A stretch of DNA of 64,000 nucleotides, from the NCBI RefSeq assembly GCF_009914755.1, contig NC_060932.1, one strand, 5' to 3'. This DNA comes from the human T2T-CHM13v2.0 reference genome, Homo sapiens. The notes beneath the pieces are model-generated. The model was not told the origin of the DNA. It did not search any database and saw only the letters and a list, made by a program, of their open reading frames with translations. A program made the translations under genes and the position numbers. The stretch's first letter is position 1, and every line of letters starts with the position of its first letter. This document shows positions 43,045 through 57,659 of this stretch, piece after piece.

Positions 43045-43199
43045 AAGCAGGGTTTTTTTAAGGAGTCCTTAGAGTTTTTTATATGTAAGATCATGTTGTC
43101 TGCAAACAGAGACATTTTTATTTCCTCCTTTATGATTTGGATGCCTTACAATAAGAACAGAGAAAGTAATGCTAGTATTTATATGGAATATCTTATTTT

Positions 43200-45350
43200 G
43201 TCCTTTTGCTTTTAAGCTATGTCTTTATATTTAAAACACATTTTTTTAGACAGCTTCTAGTTTGGTTTTACTCTTTTATCCTGTCTGACATAATCTTTCT
43301 TTTAAATTTTTGTGTTTAGATATTTAGACCATGTACATCTTATGTAATTATAGAGAAGTTTAGGTTTAAATCTCTTATCTTAATTTTTTTCTTTATTTGG
43401 CCAATTTTGCCTTGATTCTCCTTTTTATAATTTCCATAATTCTTTTGGAATGATTTCTTTCTTATTTGTTTTATTATTTTATATTACTGATTTTTCATGT
43501 TTAATAGCTTTGCATCTTTTTATTTTACATTTCAATTGTTGTCTCAAATTTATAGTATGCTTTCTTAACTCTTCACAGTCTACCTTCAAAAAATAAAATT
43601 CTATTTTACATGTAGGGTTAGACTATACAAAAGTATAATTTCATTTGTTTTTCTCATCTTTTACAATATTATCATTTTCATTTCTACATATATGATAACC
43701 TGTCAATGCAACATTAGTACTGCTTTAGTCAATTAAAAAGTTAGAAATGAGTAAAACATGTCTTTTATTAACATACATGTTTGCTACTTATGATATCTGT
43801 GTGCGTATAGATAATAATTCCATTTGGTGTCATTTCTCTTTTGCCTTAGGAATCTATTTTAATTTTTTTTGTAGTGCAAGCGAGTCCCCAATAAATGCTC
43901 TAAGCTTTTATCTGAAAATTATTTTGGCATAGTTTTTATAGTGGTTAAGTTTGCTGTTATTCCTATTATTATTTTTACTATATTTATCCCTACTTCATTT
44001 ATTATTTTTTTAACATCTCCCTGGTCCACCAAATTGCGTTGTTTTTTGAGTGAGAAGGCAGCACTAATTATGATTTGTTCCTTTGCGCCTAATGTATTTT
44101 AATGTCTGTGTCTGCCTTTTAATTTCTTTTTATCTCTTGTTTTCAGCAGCAATTTGATTATGGTGTTCTTTGGTGTATTTTTCAGTGTTTATTTTGTTCA
44201 GGCAACATTGAGATGATTGGATCTGGGGGTTTATAGTTTTTATGAAATTTGGAATGTTTTTGGTCATTGTTTATTCATGGCTTTTTACCTCACTTCTTTA
44301 TTCTCTCCATTTTGGGATTCCAAATACTGCTCAATGAGTTCCCTGACATCAGTGAAGATCCATTTGTTTTTTCCAGACACTTTTCCTCTTTGTTCTTCAG
44401 TTTGGGTAATTTCTATTCCTGTGTCTTCAAGTTCCATGATTTTCTGATATTATGTAATCTACTATTAGCATCATCTGTAGAATGTTTTATGTCTGATTTT
44501 TTTAACTGAGAAGTTGTTTTTCATATCCTCCACTTCTCTCCTCATTGTGTTAATATTTTTTTAATCCTCGCCAAACATTTTATAGTTCTTCTGTAGACCT
44601 TGTCTGCTAATTCTATTATCTCTATCATTGTTGAATGTGTATTTATTAAATAGGTTGTCTTTGTATGAATCACGTTGCTGATGCTTTTATGTCTAGCTAT
44701 TTTACATTGTGAATTTTTAAATCTGAATGTCAGTGTTTTGTTGCCTTCACATAAAGAGTATTGAGTCCAGTTTTGGAGTTCAGTTAAGTTAGCCACAGAA
44801 TGTTTTTTAAGTCTTTTGGCTTTTTTGAAGCTTTTTTTTTTTTCGCCTAGCAGAACCTTACTCCAGGCCTACTTTATTCTTCTTTGAGGTGTGCCCCTCT
44901 GGAGCTCTGCCTATAGCTCTGTGGGGTGCCTTTTGCTAAGGTTTGAGGAAGTCTTACTCTACAACTGGACAGCTTAATGCCTCGCCAAAGACTCAGGTGA
45001 TATTCATGTCTATTTCTGGAGCTCTTTATCTATACAGCTTCTTCTAAAATGCTATTATGTGCCAGGAATACTAGCATCCTTCTCCCCACACTCTGATCTG
45101 TGACTCTTCTCGGTGAGACCCCTGTGCTCTGCATTCCAAACATTTCTTCCTGGAAGGAAGGTGAAGCAACTACGGGGTTTGTGTTGTTTAATTCTCTTCT
45201 CTAGGGATCATGGTCCCACACTTTTGTCTAGTCTTCAAAAACTTTCTTTTTCCATGTCTGACCACATCTCCCCTCACACTATTGTATCTAGTGTTCTTGA
45301 AATGCATGCCAAAAGAAAAGTTTTTGACCTGTTTTTCTTACATGGCTAGA
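43200..45350 (-). mobile_element. Highly diverged L1M fragments
   Basis: T-rich; ttttcagcagcaatttgattatggtgtt, ttgtctgctaattctattatct typical of old L1 ORF1/5' regions. Confidence 0.55.
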
Positions 45351-45559
45351 TGTGGAAGTCCCTGAGATTTAACTGTAACCATGGAATTCACCCCATGTTA
45401 ATATTAGAAATTTAATATTAGAAAATGTTTACATTTTTTGGATTATAGAATTTTTATCTTCAAAATGTGTTCAATAAAATTACTTCACAGACTTATTATA
45501 AGGAGTGTTGGACAATAGAGCTACTGATTCTCTATTATTATATTTTAGCCTTCTTCTAT

Positions 45560-45770
45560 ATTTTTAACTTTTATGTATTTCATGTAGTGCTCTAAAATAC
45601 CCACTGAGGGCTATATTATTATTTCTCCTTTCACAAGTTAGTCACACAGCCTCAGAGAAGTTAAGTAAGTTTTCAAAAGTCCACAGCTGGTTAGAAGTGC
45701 AATTGAAGTTCAAACCCAGATCATTTAGACATAAGATCTGGCTATTTCAACCATGTCACATTGCTTCTAA
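45560..45770 (-). mobile_element. MIR SINE
   Basis: ctcagagaagttaagtaagttttcaaaagtccacagctggttagaagt...ttcaaacccaga. Confidence 0.8.
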
Positions 45771-46554
45771 TCTATGTGAAATGTTCTTGCCTGTAGCTTG
45801 GCAAGGGCTTTGAACCCAATAAATATGCATTTCTTCATTCCCTTTTCTAATATGTTAAGGAGGACTATATGTGTACTTTTTAATTCTCTTCCATGAAAAA
45901 AAATGGCATTAAATGGCCCCATGAGAGGGTAAAGGCAAAAAATAAAAACAAAAACAAAAAAAAAAATGAAAAAAATTCAAAGTTTTCTTTTTGAGTTAAC
46001 AAAGATTGCCATCCTGAAGGGTGAAAACTGTGAAATCATAAGATTCTGAGAAAAGTATTTCAAAACAAATGCTCTCCCTTACAGTGGAACAAAGAGGCTC
46101 TTCCATCAGAGAATGCAGCAAACCTCTATGTCCCAGTAAAGCTTGAAAGGCAGATTGTAACATGTTAGAATGTGAAGCCTATCAGAGAATTTAGATCACT
46201 AAGCCTGATCCTTAGTCTCCATTCTTCTTGCAGAGAAAAGAAGTTCAAGAAATCTAAATGATCTGTGCATGGTCAGACCAAGTACTATGGTCACAGGTAA
46301 AAGAATATACAAGTGCACCTTGTATACACAAATAGGAGGACAAATTTCATTCTTAGAAAACACTTCCTTTCTACCCTGGCTTCTAAAAGACAGGCTGCCA
46401 TCCCACATCCAGAAAAATAATAGCCTCCTAAAATGTGAATAGCCAAACGTTAGCTGACTTTCTTTTTAATATTTATTTTTTTGGAATGCATATTTCTCAC
46501 TTGCTTTTTAAATAAACGTCATAAGTGAGCTACAGATTAGTCAACTATTGTAAT

Positions 46555-47030
46555 AATTGTCCAGCTATTACAATGACACTGCATTCTAAGCTACCCCAAT
46601 GCTCAATGGCTTAAAGCATCTCTCTATGATCACTTGGGCATACACAGCTCGGTGGATTCAGATCCTTTGGGTTTGGCTGTGTGGCTCTGCTTCTCACTGC
46701 AGTTCTGAGGTTGGCTGCAGCAGCTCTGGTCTAGGTAAATCTCATCCTTCACCTGTGACTAGTGGTCTATCCCAGGAACTTTCTTATCATGGGGATGGCA
46801 GATGGCAAGAGAAAAAGCAGGAACATGTAAGGTTTCCTAAGGCCTAGCCTCACATTTGGTGTAGCTATCTCCACCTCGTTAGGTTAGCCAAAGCCAGCAT
46901 GGCTTAAACCAGAGTCAAGTATGAAGAAAATGAACTGTGCCCATTAGTAAGAGTGATTGAAACATCTCATGTCCCAGGCCACAGGTAGAGAGAAGGGCGA
47001 TTAATTGGGGCCAATAATACAATCAATCAT
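46555..47030 (-). mobile_element. MLT1H/I-like LTR
   Basis: ccccaatgctcaatggcttaaagca, ttcttatcatggggatggcaga, ttggggccaataatacaatc. Confidence 0.6.
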
Positions 47031-47140
47031 AAATTAAAATGCCCTTTGAAAACTTCCTGTCTTTTCTGGGTTTTGTATATACTCATCTAGACCATTAATT
47101 ACATCTGTTTTTTTTTTTTTTAGAAAATATATAAAGTATG

Positions 47141-47425
47141 GGCCAGGCACGGTGGCTCATGTCTGTAATTCCAGCACTTTAAGAGGCTGAGGCAGGTGGA
47201 TCTCCAGAGGTCAGGAGTTCAAGACCAGCCTGGTCAACATGGTGAAACCCCATCTCTACTAAAAATACAAAAAGTTAGCTGAGCGTGGTGGCGGGCACCT
47301 GTAATCCCAGCTACTAGGGAGGCTTAGGCAGGGGAATTGCTTGAACCTGGGAGGCGGCAGTTGTGGTGAGCCAAGATCACGCCATTGCACTCCAGCCTGG
47401 GCAAAAAGAGCAAAACAAAAAAAAA
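47141..47425 (+). mobile_element. AluSq/Sp SINE
   Basis: Alu dimer, cgccattgcactccagcctgggcaaaaagagc. Confidence 0.93.
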
Positions 47426-48230
<805 letters not shown>

Positions 48231-48819
48231 TCTCAGACAGTGATCGCAGAACATTTTTATTTAAACAACAGAATAATCATTCTTCACAAAATGCTTTATA
48301 TAAAACAAATTAATGTAGTTCTGTGATATCAACATGGTGCTTTGAAAAGTTCCTTGTGCACTTAGCTGCACTCTTGTCTTCTACTGATGTCCCAGAGTAC
48401 ACTTTACATTCTCTTGCTTCAGGTTGAAACTTACTTAGTTTGCTATGATTTCCCTGGAAGAGTGCCCTCCCTTCAGTCCCTGCCTCCATCATATCCAGAA
48501 TGGTTGAGCCAATTGTTACTGTCTCAAATGAATACTTTTCCCAGTACCAAAACCACATCATGCTCACATTCACAGTCACAGCATGGTCAGTTCACTGGTC
48601 TCTCTCTTTAACAGCAAGTAGGAAAACCCAGGCTCAAAGAAAAAAAGCTTATTTCTTATCTTTAATATAACAGGTACCAAAATTAAAGACACCCTAGATT
48701 CCAGGATCGATGATGAATTATGTGAGGATAGGAGATATGAATTTGATGGAAGAGCAGATTTTAGTGGAGAGAGCACTTGACTCACTTCAGGGAAAAATTT
48801 ACCCTATCCTCTGTCTCTC

Positions 48820-48950
48820 CACACACACACGCTCATGCACACATGCACAAACACATGCACATGCAGACACACACCACACACACACATGCAAATGTACACG
48901 CATAGACATGCATCCAATATACATGCAAGCACACAAAAACACACACACAC
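48820..48950. repeat. Degenerate (CA)/(CATG) repeat
   Basis: Alternating purine-pyrimidine tract. Confidence 0.85.
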
Positions 48951-51094
48951 CTGAAGATGCTGTCACCAATGAGCCCAGTAACATTGGGAAAATCATCTAA
49001 ACATGCTTACTTTGTTTATATGAAGAATGAAAAGCGCTGCAAAAAATGTGGAATATTTGTGAACAGATAAATGATGTGTGCCCGTGAATGGTTTGTATGG
49101 GGTACCAGCTTGCACATGCACACATAGTGTGGAAAACCATTCAAATGTAATTGTTTTCAACAATATTGGATAAATCAGCCCTTAGTGATTTCCAAAGGAG
49201 GATGCTTAGTGCTGGATTTAATATCTATGTGCCATAATTTTTACTAATATTGGAATCATTCAGACTAAAGTCCACAGGTGGGAGTCAGCCTAGGCAAAAC
49301 TTAAGATGTTCCTGAGGGAATGAGGAATTGGATCACATTAGTCATTGAATCATGTAGCAGGGGCTGAGAGAAATGTGAATCCACTGACTACCTAAAGAGT
49401 CTTCCAGTCTGTCATTAATATGCCATCTCAGCTGCCGAGGGCAATAATGATCTATATTAAACAAGCATATTCCTTTTGGAAACAAAACTCAAATATGATT
49501 CTGGATAGGGTGAGACCAATATGATTCCTCCTTATCCACCATTTACCCCGAGCTCTGCTAGCACACCCCTTTTCATTTCAATTGACCTCAAATCGGAAAT
49601 GATGAAGGAACGTCAGGGGGCTTTGAGATCTTGTCTATTTTCCCTCGTGGGAATGGGTTGGGGTGGGAGATGGCTCTTTAGATAAAACTGGGAAGCTGGG
49701 CTCCACAGGTCTGACCACTGCTATGGTGAAAGGTCATCTGAGACCCATGGAATTGTAGAGGCACAAAATATCTAATCGTCCTTGGTAGAAACATGCCACA
49801 ATGCGTTCGGAATTGTCAAAATTCAGGAGGGTAGGGGAAACAGATAAGCATTTCTGAAATCTGGGGAAAAACATGTGTTTGCAACCTAAGAAAGATAACA
49901 AACCGCACCATTCATGGGTGAGGGTGATATCCTGACTAAGTGTTGAACACAGTGATTGGCATTGCTTTCACGAGTCAGCAGCATAGAGATTTATAAGTGA
50001 ATCAGTCTATTTTGAAAAAGCAAATAAATAAACAAAATATAGAAGTTAAATTAGAATCTTTATAATCTGGCCCTAATCTTATTATTCATTTTCAGCTTTA
50101 TTGCTGTGTGCATTTATCCTTCCCCAGCCCCTCCGTGTATCTTAAGACCCATGCTCTCCAGTCTCACTAAAATAATTGCACCTTCTCCTAATAAGGCATC
50201 TACTTCTGTGTTTTTGTTCCTTTGCATGCTCTTTCCCCTCTTCATGGAATATCTTGTCCTCTTTTTCTGTTTTTAAAACTCCTATTCATCGTCCAAGCTT
50301 TGGCTAAATATAACCTTCACTGTGAAGCTGTCCCTGCCTTTTTCAGGAAAAGCTGTTTCCGTTTGCTTCTGTGTTCCTGCTACAAGTCAGGTAGCCTGGT
50401 GTAGTGATGTCAGAAAATCCAAGTTTTTTTTTTTTTTTTTTTTTTTATAGACTCTCACCTAGAAAACGGAAACAGACTCTTAAACTTGCTTATGATCTCT
50501 CAATTTCCATCCCCATCCCTACTTAAAGACAGACTCCTGCCAGAAGGATGTTTCTAAAATACATCCTTGATCAGGCTGCATTTCCATAAGCATGATCTCA
50601 ATATTTTTTGTGAAAATAACACCCACAGAGTTTTATGGTACATCCAAGGCTTTTGATGAAGTTAGAGTTTAGAGAAGTTGAGCAATTTGACCAAGGTAAG
50701 AGAGCTAATAAATGGCAGAGAGAAGATTTGAGCTCAGACTTGTTTGAGTCTAAAGGTGGTGACCCACCCTGCTCCTTCCAACCACATGGCGGGACCTACT
50801 TTCTTGCTGCTTCCCCCTGAACTGGCAATGCATGGGGTAATTTTGGAGAAAAAAGTTATATAAGCAACGTAACATATTTCAGATGCACAATATGTCTTTG
50901 CAGCCTGAGATTATTTTAAACCAACTATGGGAATGTGTATTAGTGAACACATATTTGAGCTGACAGATGGGCGTGGGCACCTTTGTCACTCATAAATAGA
51001 GCACTTTGACCAGTTGTGGAGGAAACTCAAGCGCTGGAACGTACAACTCATACTTATTTCCGGCCTATACAACCTTTTCTGAGCCCCTAAGAGT

Positions 51095-51095
51095 T

Positions 51096-51133
<38 letters not shown>

Positions 51134-51142
51134 CCCACACAC
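51095..51142. repeat. (CT)n(CA)n compound microsatellite
   Basis: Direct reading. Confidence 0.9.
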
Positions 51143-53145
51143 GTGCCATTAGCAAGTTTGCTTATTTGTGTAAGAAGGATTAATATAAAATAATTGTTAA
51201 AATTCAGGCACAAAGCGACTTCCCAGAGCTAACGTGGTGCTTTGGTTTTTTTATTGCATTCCTTTTCACTTAACCTGAAGCTGAAAGTTCACATCTGTGT
51301 GGCGGGTCTTTCTTCAGGGTATTTCTGTCTAGATGTTTTGCAAAGTATCTAACACCTGGAAATGCGATGCACATTTCTGTTTGCTCCTATGGTACTTCGT
51401 GCTTACGTCTTCAGTAGCACGAACTATAACATAATTCAACCTGTTTCTCCCTTCCTGTATCTAGAATGTAAACTTCTCCAGATAAGACATTGTTTCAATT
51501 GTCACCTGTGTTCCTAGTCCATATCGCAGCATCTGGCACTTAAGCACATTTAAAACAAGTGAACAAAGGAAATTCCTGGTATGGAGTGATTGTTGGATTC
51601 TTTGCCTGTGGTTGGATACAGGCTCCCTCCAAAGACCTGAAAAGGCCACATGCAGATGAGTTAGAACTCCCTGGTAGAAGTAGAGTTGAGGCCAAAGGCA
51701 AGCGGTTCCATAATAATATAAGGAAGGCATTTCTAGCTGAAAATATTTCAAAAGGAAGCAAACTGTTGCCTAAGGAAATGGACACCCCATTCCTGGAGAT
51801 TTTAAGCAGGAATTGAATGGCCCGATATCTTGTCTAGGGGGCTTAAAGCAGAATTAAGCATCCAAAGCAGTTCATTCAGATAATTTTAAAGTTCTAGCTA
51901 TCTTTGTACATTGAAAATTATATATATAATTGATATATGTAGTACTTGTTCCTAGGTTATAAGCCCTGTTTTTCCTATTCCTCCACATTCTCCGTTTTAT
52001 CATGTCTTAGGATCTGCAACCAGGCTTCATGGACTAGCTGTCCTTTGTTTCGTAACTACAATCATAAGCTTCAGGACTCAAATTATATGTCATTTCTTTT
52101 AAATTCAAGTCCTGCTGTTTTATGAAATTGAAACATCCTCATTTCATTTTTTTACTTGTATAGTTCTAATCACAAATTTAATCAAGCAATTACTTTTTCT
52201 TATTTAAAATATATCTGTTCCCACTTAACATATGTGCTGTGTCAGGACTACCCTGTTCTCAGGTCTCACTGCAGTTTGTCTTGTGTAGAGTTAAGTATTC
52301 AGTAAGTAGTTACTGAGCGAATGACTGGGTGAATAAATTGATGTTTAAAAACAGTTCTCTTTCTATTACTAGATGTGATTTTCATTCAGATTTTTTTTCG
52401 TTTGTCTTCAGAGGAATTGCAAATTCTTTATAGCAAAGAACATCCAAGAAGCTTCTTGAAAGTGCCAAATAATGAGTGTTCTTCGATAGCATTCAGGGAT
52501 CTTGATGGCTTCTTTGGGCAGACAAGGACTTTGGGACACAATAATTCCCTGAGGCTCACTCTCTAGGGAAAGGAAAAGGAGGTCTGGGAAGCAGGACATT
52601 AACAAAGGAGGGGGAACCAGTGGGCCCGCAACACAGGGTCCCTCACAAAGACTGGGAGGGGCTCCATCTCCTTCCAGGGTTTGTCCTATTGAGCATTTAG
52701 TAGGTCCAGATTTGGCCCCCAGCCAGACGCAGCTCTGTGAAGTCTGAAGGGAAGAAAGAATACCCCTTTTTAAAATTCCTTTTGTGTTTTCCTTTCGTTC
52801 CACATTTTCTGCACGTATCAGTCTTCATTTTGGCAGGAGAGAAAAAATAACTTTCTTATTGGCCTTTTTTTCTGACTCATGATTTTATTGGAATCAAAAA
52901 TATAAGCTGATTCAAAGATTACACAGCCAAGCAAATTGACCTCCTGGATTCTAAGACAGTGCAACTGAAAACGTTGAGAAGTCCTTGAGGCCCAGCTGAG
53001 ACCATGCCTTAAAATGTCAAAGAAAGTCAAGTCATGTTGACTTGAAAGAAAGTTATGTTGGGTTTCAGTGCCACAAGAATCCAGTGTTGAGCTCCCTGTC
53101 TACACAGGGTGATGCAGAGGAGGTTAGGGTCAGCACAGTGTAAAC

Positions 53146-53381
53146 CAGGGTGCAGCAGACTTTTTCTGAAAGGGTTAGATAGATAACATTAAATAGTTTG
53201 GGCTTTAGTGGGGCTTAACTATTAAATAGTTTAGGCTTTCGTGTCACCATTATTCCTCTCTACTACTGTAGGGCAAACACAGCCACAGACTTTACCTAAA
53301 CAAGTGAGAGTGGCTATGTTCCCATAGGAAATTATGCACAAAGATGGGATTTGGCTCATGGCCAAAGCTTGCTCATTTCTG
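53146..53381. mobile_element. MER58A-like MITE with internal duplication
   Basis: cagggtgcagcagactttttctgaaaggg...ggatttggctcatggcc; attaaatagttt(g/a)ggcttt twice. Confidence 0.65.
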
Positions 53382-54105
53382 ATTTGGAGGAAAGAATGGT
53401 AATGCATAGTATGATCTCGCAGAACCCTGAATTTTCTGTGCTGCAATTATCTTATTTATTTAATATAAAACTGAAATAATTCTCAATTACTTATACAAAA
53501 CATACACTTAGGCATTTATAGTAAATGATTTAATCTTCAGTGTACCCTTGAGGGATTGATATGATTTTTGTTGTATGGATGTGGAAACTTGTAGAAGGTA
53601 AGAAACTTACTACCCAATCATGTAGCAGGTGGATGGCAGAGCTGGGACCCAAATTAGATTTCTAAATTAATATGATGCCAAAATATATGAGTACCTCTGC
53701 TGCTATAATCAAACAAGAAACTTTATTTTCAGCACGTCTTGTAAATTTCCTTGGAATTCTTTATGTCTTCTTTTATTTATACTTTCCACATATTTTATTT
53801 TTCTTTTTGTGAAGTAGTTTATATTCATATATAGTCACTTATGTGTTTTTATATACATATATATTCACTTATATGCATATATGTGTGTGTTTAGATGCAT
53901 ATATATGAAGTTTGTATAGTGTTAAGCACGGTATATGCATGTGTTAGTGTATGCCATACTCACATTATTACTAGAAAGTAGAGTCAGAAACAGGATGTGT
54001 ACTGATCTAGCCTGGGAGACAAGAGACATGCATGACATGGGACCCCAAGAACTAATTCATTCCTCCAGACAGATGCAGAAACAACAGGGTGAGAATACCA
54101 ATACT

Positions 54106-54167
54106 AATATGTGCAAAACCAAATCTGCAATATGTGCAAAACCAAATATGTGCAAAACCAAATTTGC
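54106..54167. repeat. Three-copy short tandem repeat aatatgtgcaaaacca
   Basis: Direct reading. Confidence 0.9.
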
Positions 54168-55201
54168 TGGGGATGAGGAGGAGGATGCTATGAATCTGAG
54201 AGACTATATTTGTAAGGATGCTAAGTCAACCAAGCTCAACTAATTGCACTTGGCTTTGGGGGCAGTACCACCATGGAGATGAGATATACAAGAAGGAAGG
54301 AGACCTATGAAAGAGAAGAAAATCAAAGCCAATAAAAGTTGAGTGACAAATTCTGGTAGTATATAGGTCTATCTATCTATCTATCTGTATATGTATATTA
54401 AATTAGGATTAGATCACCCATGCGGACAAATGGGCAAGAGTTTGGATTTAAAAGAAGATACTATGAAATTTTCATATATACTTAATCCTAAAATGTATAG
54501 CATGAATTGAAAACTCTAGTAGAATATGAAGTAGTATAATATAATGAACCTGGTAATATAGTATAATCATCATTACTATAATAAGCAATGTAGTATAATT
54601 TACTATACGTGTGACTTAAGTTCTCCAAGCCTCAGATTCCTCTTTTATTGCAGAAGGATAATGACAGTTTTCTAATAATGGTTATTCATGGTTCAAGAAA
54701 TATTGGCTGCTGTCAATTATTATTATCCAAAAGATCTGTGCATGTAGGCAACCAGAAAGTCCACTGGAAAATCTGGCAGTATGGCTGGCAAAGGTCTTAT
54801 CACAGTAGGGGATTGCCTGTCCCCTAAAGAAGGATGGAGACACTAGAGGTCCATTTAAAACTCTCCCTATTCATCCTATTCATGGGACAGGAGCCTCTTT
54901 AAATGCATAATCACCCTGTTTAGGTTCAGAGTTAAAGATGAAGCAAACTGTCATGACTGACTGGTCAATTGGAATCGGATAGGAAATGGGGCTAGGCCTG
55001 ATTGAGATCGTTGATGCGTACGAGAAATGTTAGACTGCTCTTGTGTGGGTAAAAGGCATGAGGTAAGAAATATGCATTTATTACATCATTAAGAGCGTGG
55101 CACTGTGCTCCATGTTTTCACTGAAACTGTCTCATCTAGGAGGCAACCCTGAGGATAGTGAAGCAAATTGACTTGACTCAATCCCACAGAAGCTAGTGTT
55201 G

Positions 55202-55515
55202 GGCTGGATGTGGTGGCTCACGCCTATAATCCCAGCACTTTGGAAGGCCAAGGTGAGTAGATTACTTGAGTCGAGGAGTTCAAGACTAGCCTGGGCAACG
55301 TGGCAAAACCCCGTCTCTACTAAAAATACAAAAAGTTAGCCGGGTGTGATGGCAAGTATGTGTAGTCCCAGCCAGCAGGAGGCTGAGCTGGGAGAATCAC
55401 CTGAGATTGGGGGATTCAAGGCTGTAGTGAGAAAAAAAAAAAAATTGACATTGCACTCCAGCCTGGACAATCAGAGTGAGACCCTGTCTCAAAAAACAAA
55501 ACAAACAAACAAACA
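55202..55515 (+). mobile_element. AluJ SINE with internal A run
   Basis: cttgagtcgaggagttcaagactagcctgggcaac; (caaa)n tail; TSD-like aagctagtgttg / aagtcagtgttg. Confidence 0.9.
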
Positions 55516-56739
55516 AGTCAGTGTTGATATTCAATTATGTGCCTGACAATAAAACTCACACCTTTCCTCCAAATCATCCAATCTATTATATTTTACATTT
55601 TTGTGATTATATACATATAAGCATATATTTTCATATTTATATACTTATAGACAGATATTATACATTGAAAGTTCACAGTATGTGTCCATACATATATAAA
55701 TATACATACTTAGTTCTCCTATAATTTTTGTTTCTAGGATATAAGTTCCACAGAGGCTGTTTTCTTCACTGCTGAATCCCCAGCAGTGAGAAGAGGGCCT
55801 GACTCACAAAGAATCCACCACAAGCATTTGCTAGGCATATGCACAAATATGCAGGTCACTGCATCGGAACTTCTTTGAAGAGGGCAGGAATTAATTGCAC
55901 ACTTTATCTTATTTAGTTTACAGATCTCTGTTTTATAAGAAGTTCTTGGTTTAAAGAAGGGGAAAGTGAGGCTGCAAGAAGCTAAGTGATTTTCCTAAGT
56001 ATATATTTCCAATAAACAGAGCTGTCAGGATTCAATATCTGGCTACCAACATTTTAGCTTTCTTTATCTCATTGCCTTCTGGCATACAGGGGCTCAGCAG
56101 CTACAGCGGTCTTGTTTCTGCATCTAGGAGGGCATCCAGCACCTCAATGCCCACTTCTTGAGCAGGAGAAGTTGAGGGAGAAAAAGAAAGTGCATTTTCC
56201 AGTGTTTGTAGTGACACTTTATGCACCTGGATTTTATGTACTGCTACATCTTGTGGTTCATTTCCTCTTGGATGTTACCAGAGATGTTTCTATTGACAGA
56301 AAGATTCTGGCACAAATACTGAGCACTAATGGCTTCAGGTCATCTGCACCTGCAGGACAGTGTCTATTGAGGACAATAGTGAATTTACACAACAGACTGG
56401 GATGGCCTCCTTCTCAGGAAGGCCATAGCAGCCTCAGATACTGGCCCCAGGGAACGGATATTCCCAAAGCTTATCATCTATTCAGAAAATATTCAGAAGA
56501 ATTTTTCTGTCTTATGTGTGTCAGGAATAATATGGCGTGTAAATATGGGCACAAACATGCTGGGATCTCAGCAATTGAGAACCAGGTGAAGAGCTAGCGT
56601 TTATTTGAAGAATTCAGGGAACTATTAACACAGCCTCTCTGTAGGAGAAACTCTTTGTGTTCATCAATGCATCATGGGCCCTGGGTTTGTTTATCTATCC
56701 ATGCAGCATTGATGGAGAAACTGTGGTACCAAAAGGCAG

Positions 56740-56950
56740 GAGGAACTGATGGTTAAGAGTGTAGTCTCTGGAGCACACTGCCTAGAACCTTGTTTATCTC
56801 TACCTCACCTTAGTAATAGCACCTTGGGCATTTTCCTTAACCTCTCTGAGCTGTATTTTCCTCCTCTGTAAAATGATGATAAAAAAGAATATTTATGTGC
56901 ATTGAATGAGTTAATGTATACTGCTTTTAAGCATTCAATGAAGATTAGTA
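56740..56950 (+). mobile_element. MIR SINE
   Basis: tggttaagagtgtagtctctggagc...ccttgggca...ctctgtaaaatg. Confidence 0.85.
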
Positions 56951-57659
56951 ACTACTGTTAACCAATCTGAAGCCAGTCACTGATGAGGGTACTGAAGAAA
57001 AAAAAATCAAGTGTGTGAATATTGACAGTAAAATGTAGTAAGGTAGCAGAAAACAACAGCCTCATTCATCCAAAAACCTTTCAATTTATCACTGGATTGC
57101 AGAGAGTGTCTGGGCACATAAAAAAAAATGATTCTGGTCCTCCCATTTGCTCTCCCCTTCCCCATCATTTACTACTATATGACCTTGGATCCTATAGCAT
57201 ATATGTTTTGATATATTTTTCCCATTTAAAATTAGGAGGTATATAGTTTCATGTCATTGACCTTTTCTTTCTTGTAGATTCAAGATCAACAGATGCACAG
57301 AAATTAGTTATAAGCCTTGATATATTACTCCCTCTTCATTGGTCCATTCAAGGCCGTCTTTACTCCATTCTTTATTAATAATAAACACTATTAGACTTAA
57401 TACCCTATGTAAAAACTTAAATCCCTTTCTGTGATCCTCTTTAATCGTCTTTTCCTCTTTTCCTGACCCAGAATAACTGCTATTCTGAATTGTGTGTTCA
57501 TCATGCCCTTGCTTTGAATTTTAAATTATTTCGTCACATCCATATGTACTGTATTCAAAAAAGTATATTTGAGTATTTGGTTGTCTTTCTAACATTATTT
57601 TTGAAAGATCTCATACTGTATGCAATGTTTTAGGTACTCCCATCTTATTAAAATTATGT

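Larger units (their letters stand above)
40195..43150 (-). mobile_element. L1MA/L1MB 3' UTR plus degenerate ORF2, with two Alu insertions
   Basis: Minus-strand peptides [40 protein letters not shown] and SLFADNMIL (decayed RT FADD motif); multiple stops. Confidence 0.92.

Noticed and set aside
42037-43115. Reverse-transcriptase-like peptides as a possible active RT system
   Set aside because: Fragmented L1 ORF2 with a mutated FADD motif, stop codons and Alu interruption.
54106-54167. Short repeats as a possible CRISPR-like array (also 10600-10675 and 31651-31821)
   Set aside because: No regular unique spacers, only 2-3 copies, primate DNA; these are slippage duplications or MLT1A-int internal repeats.
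56112-56597. 161-aa ORF, the longest in the window
   Set aside because: TTG start, no recognisable domain or exon structure; length is compatible with chance.
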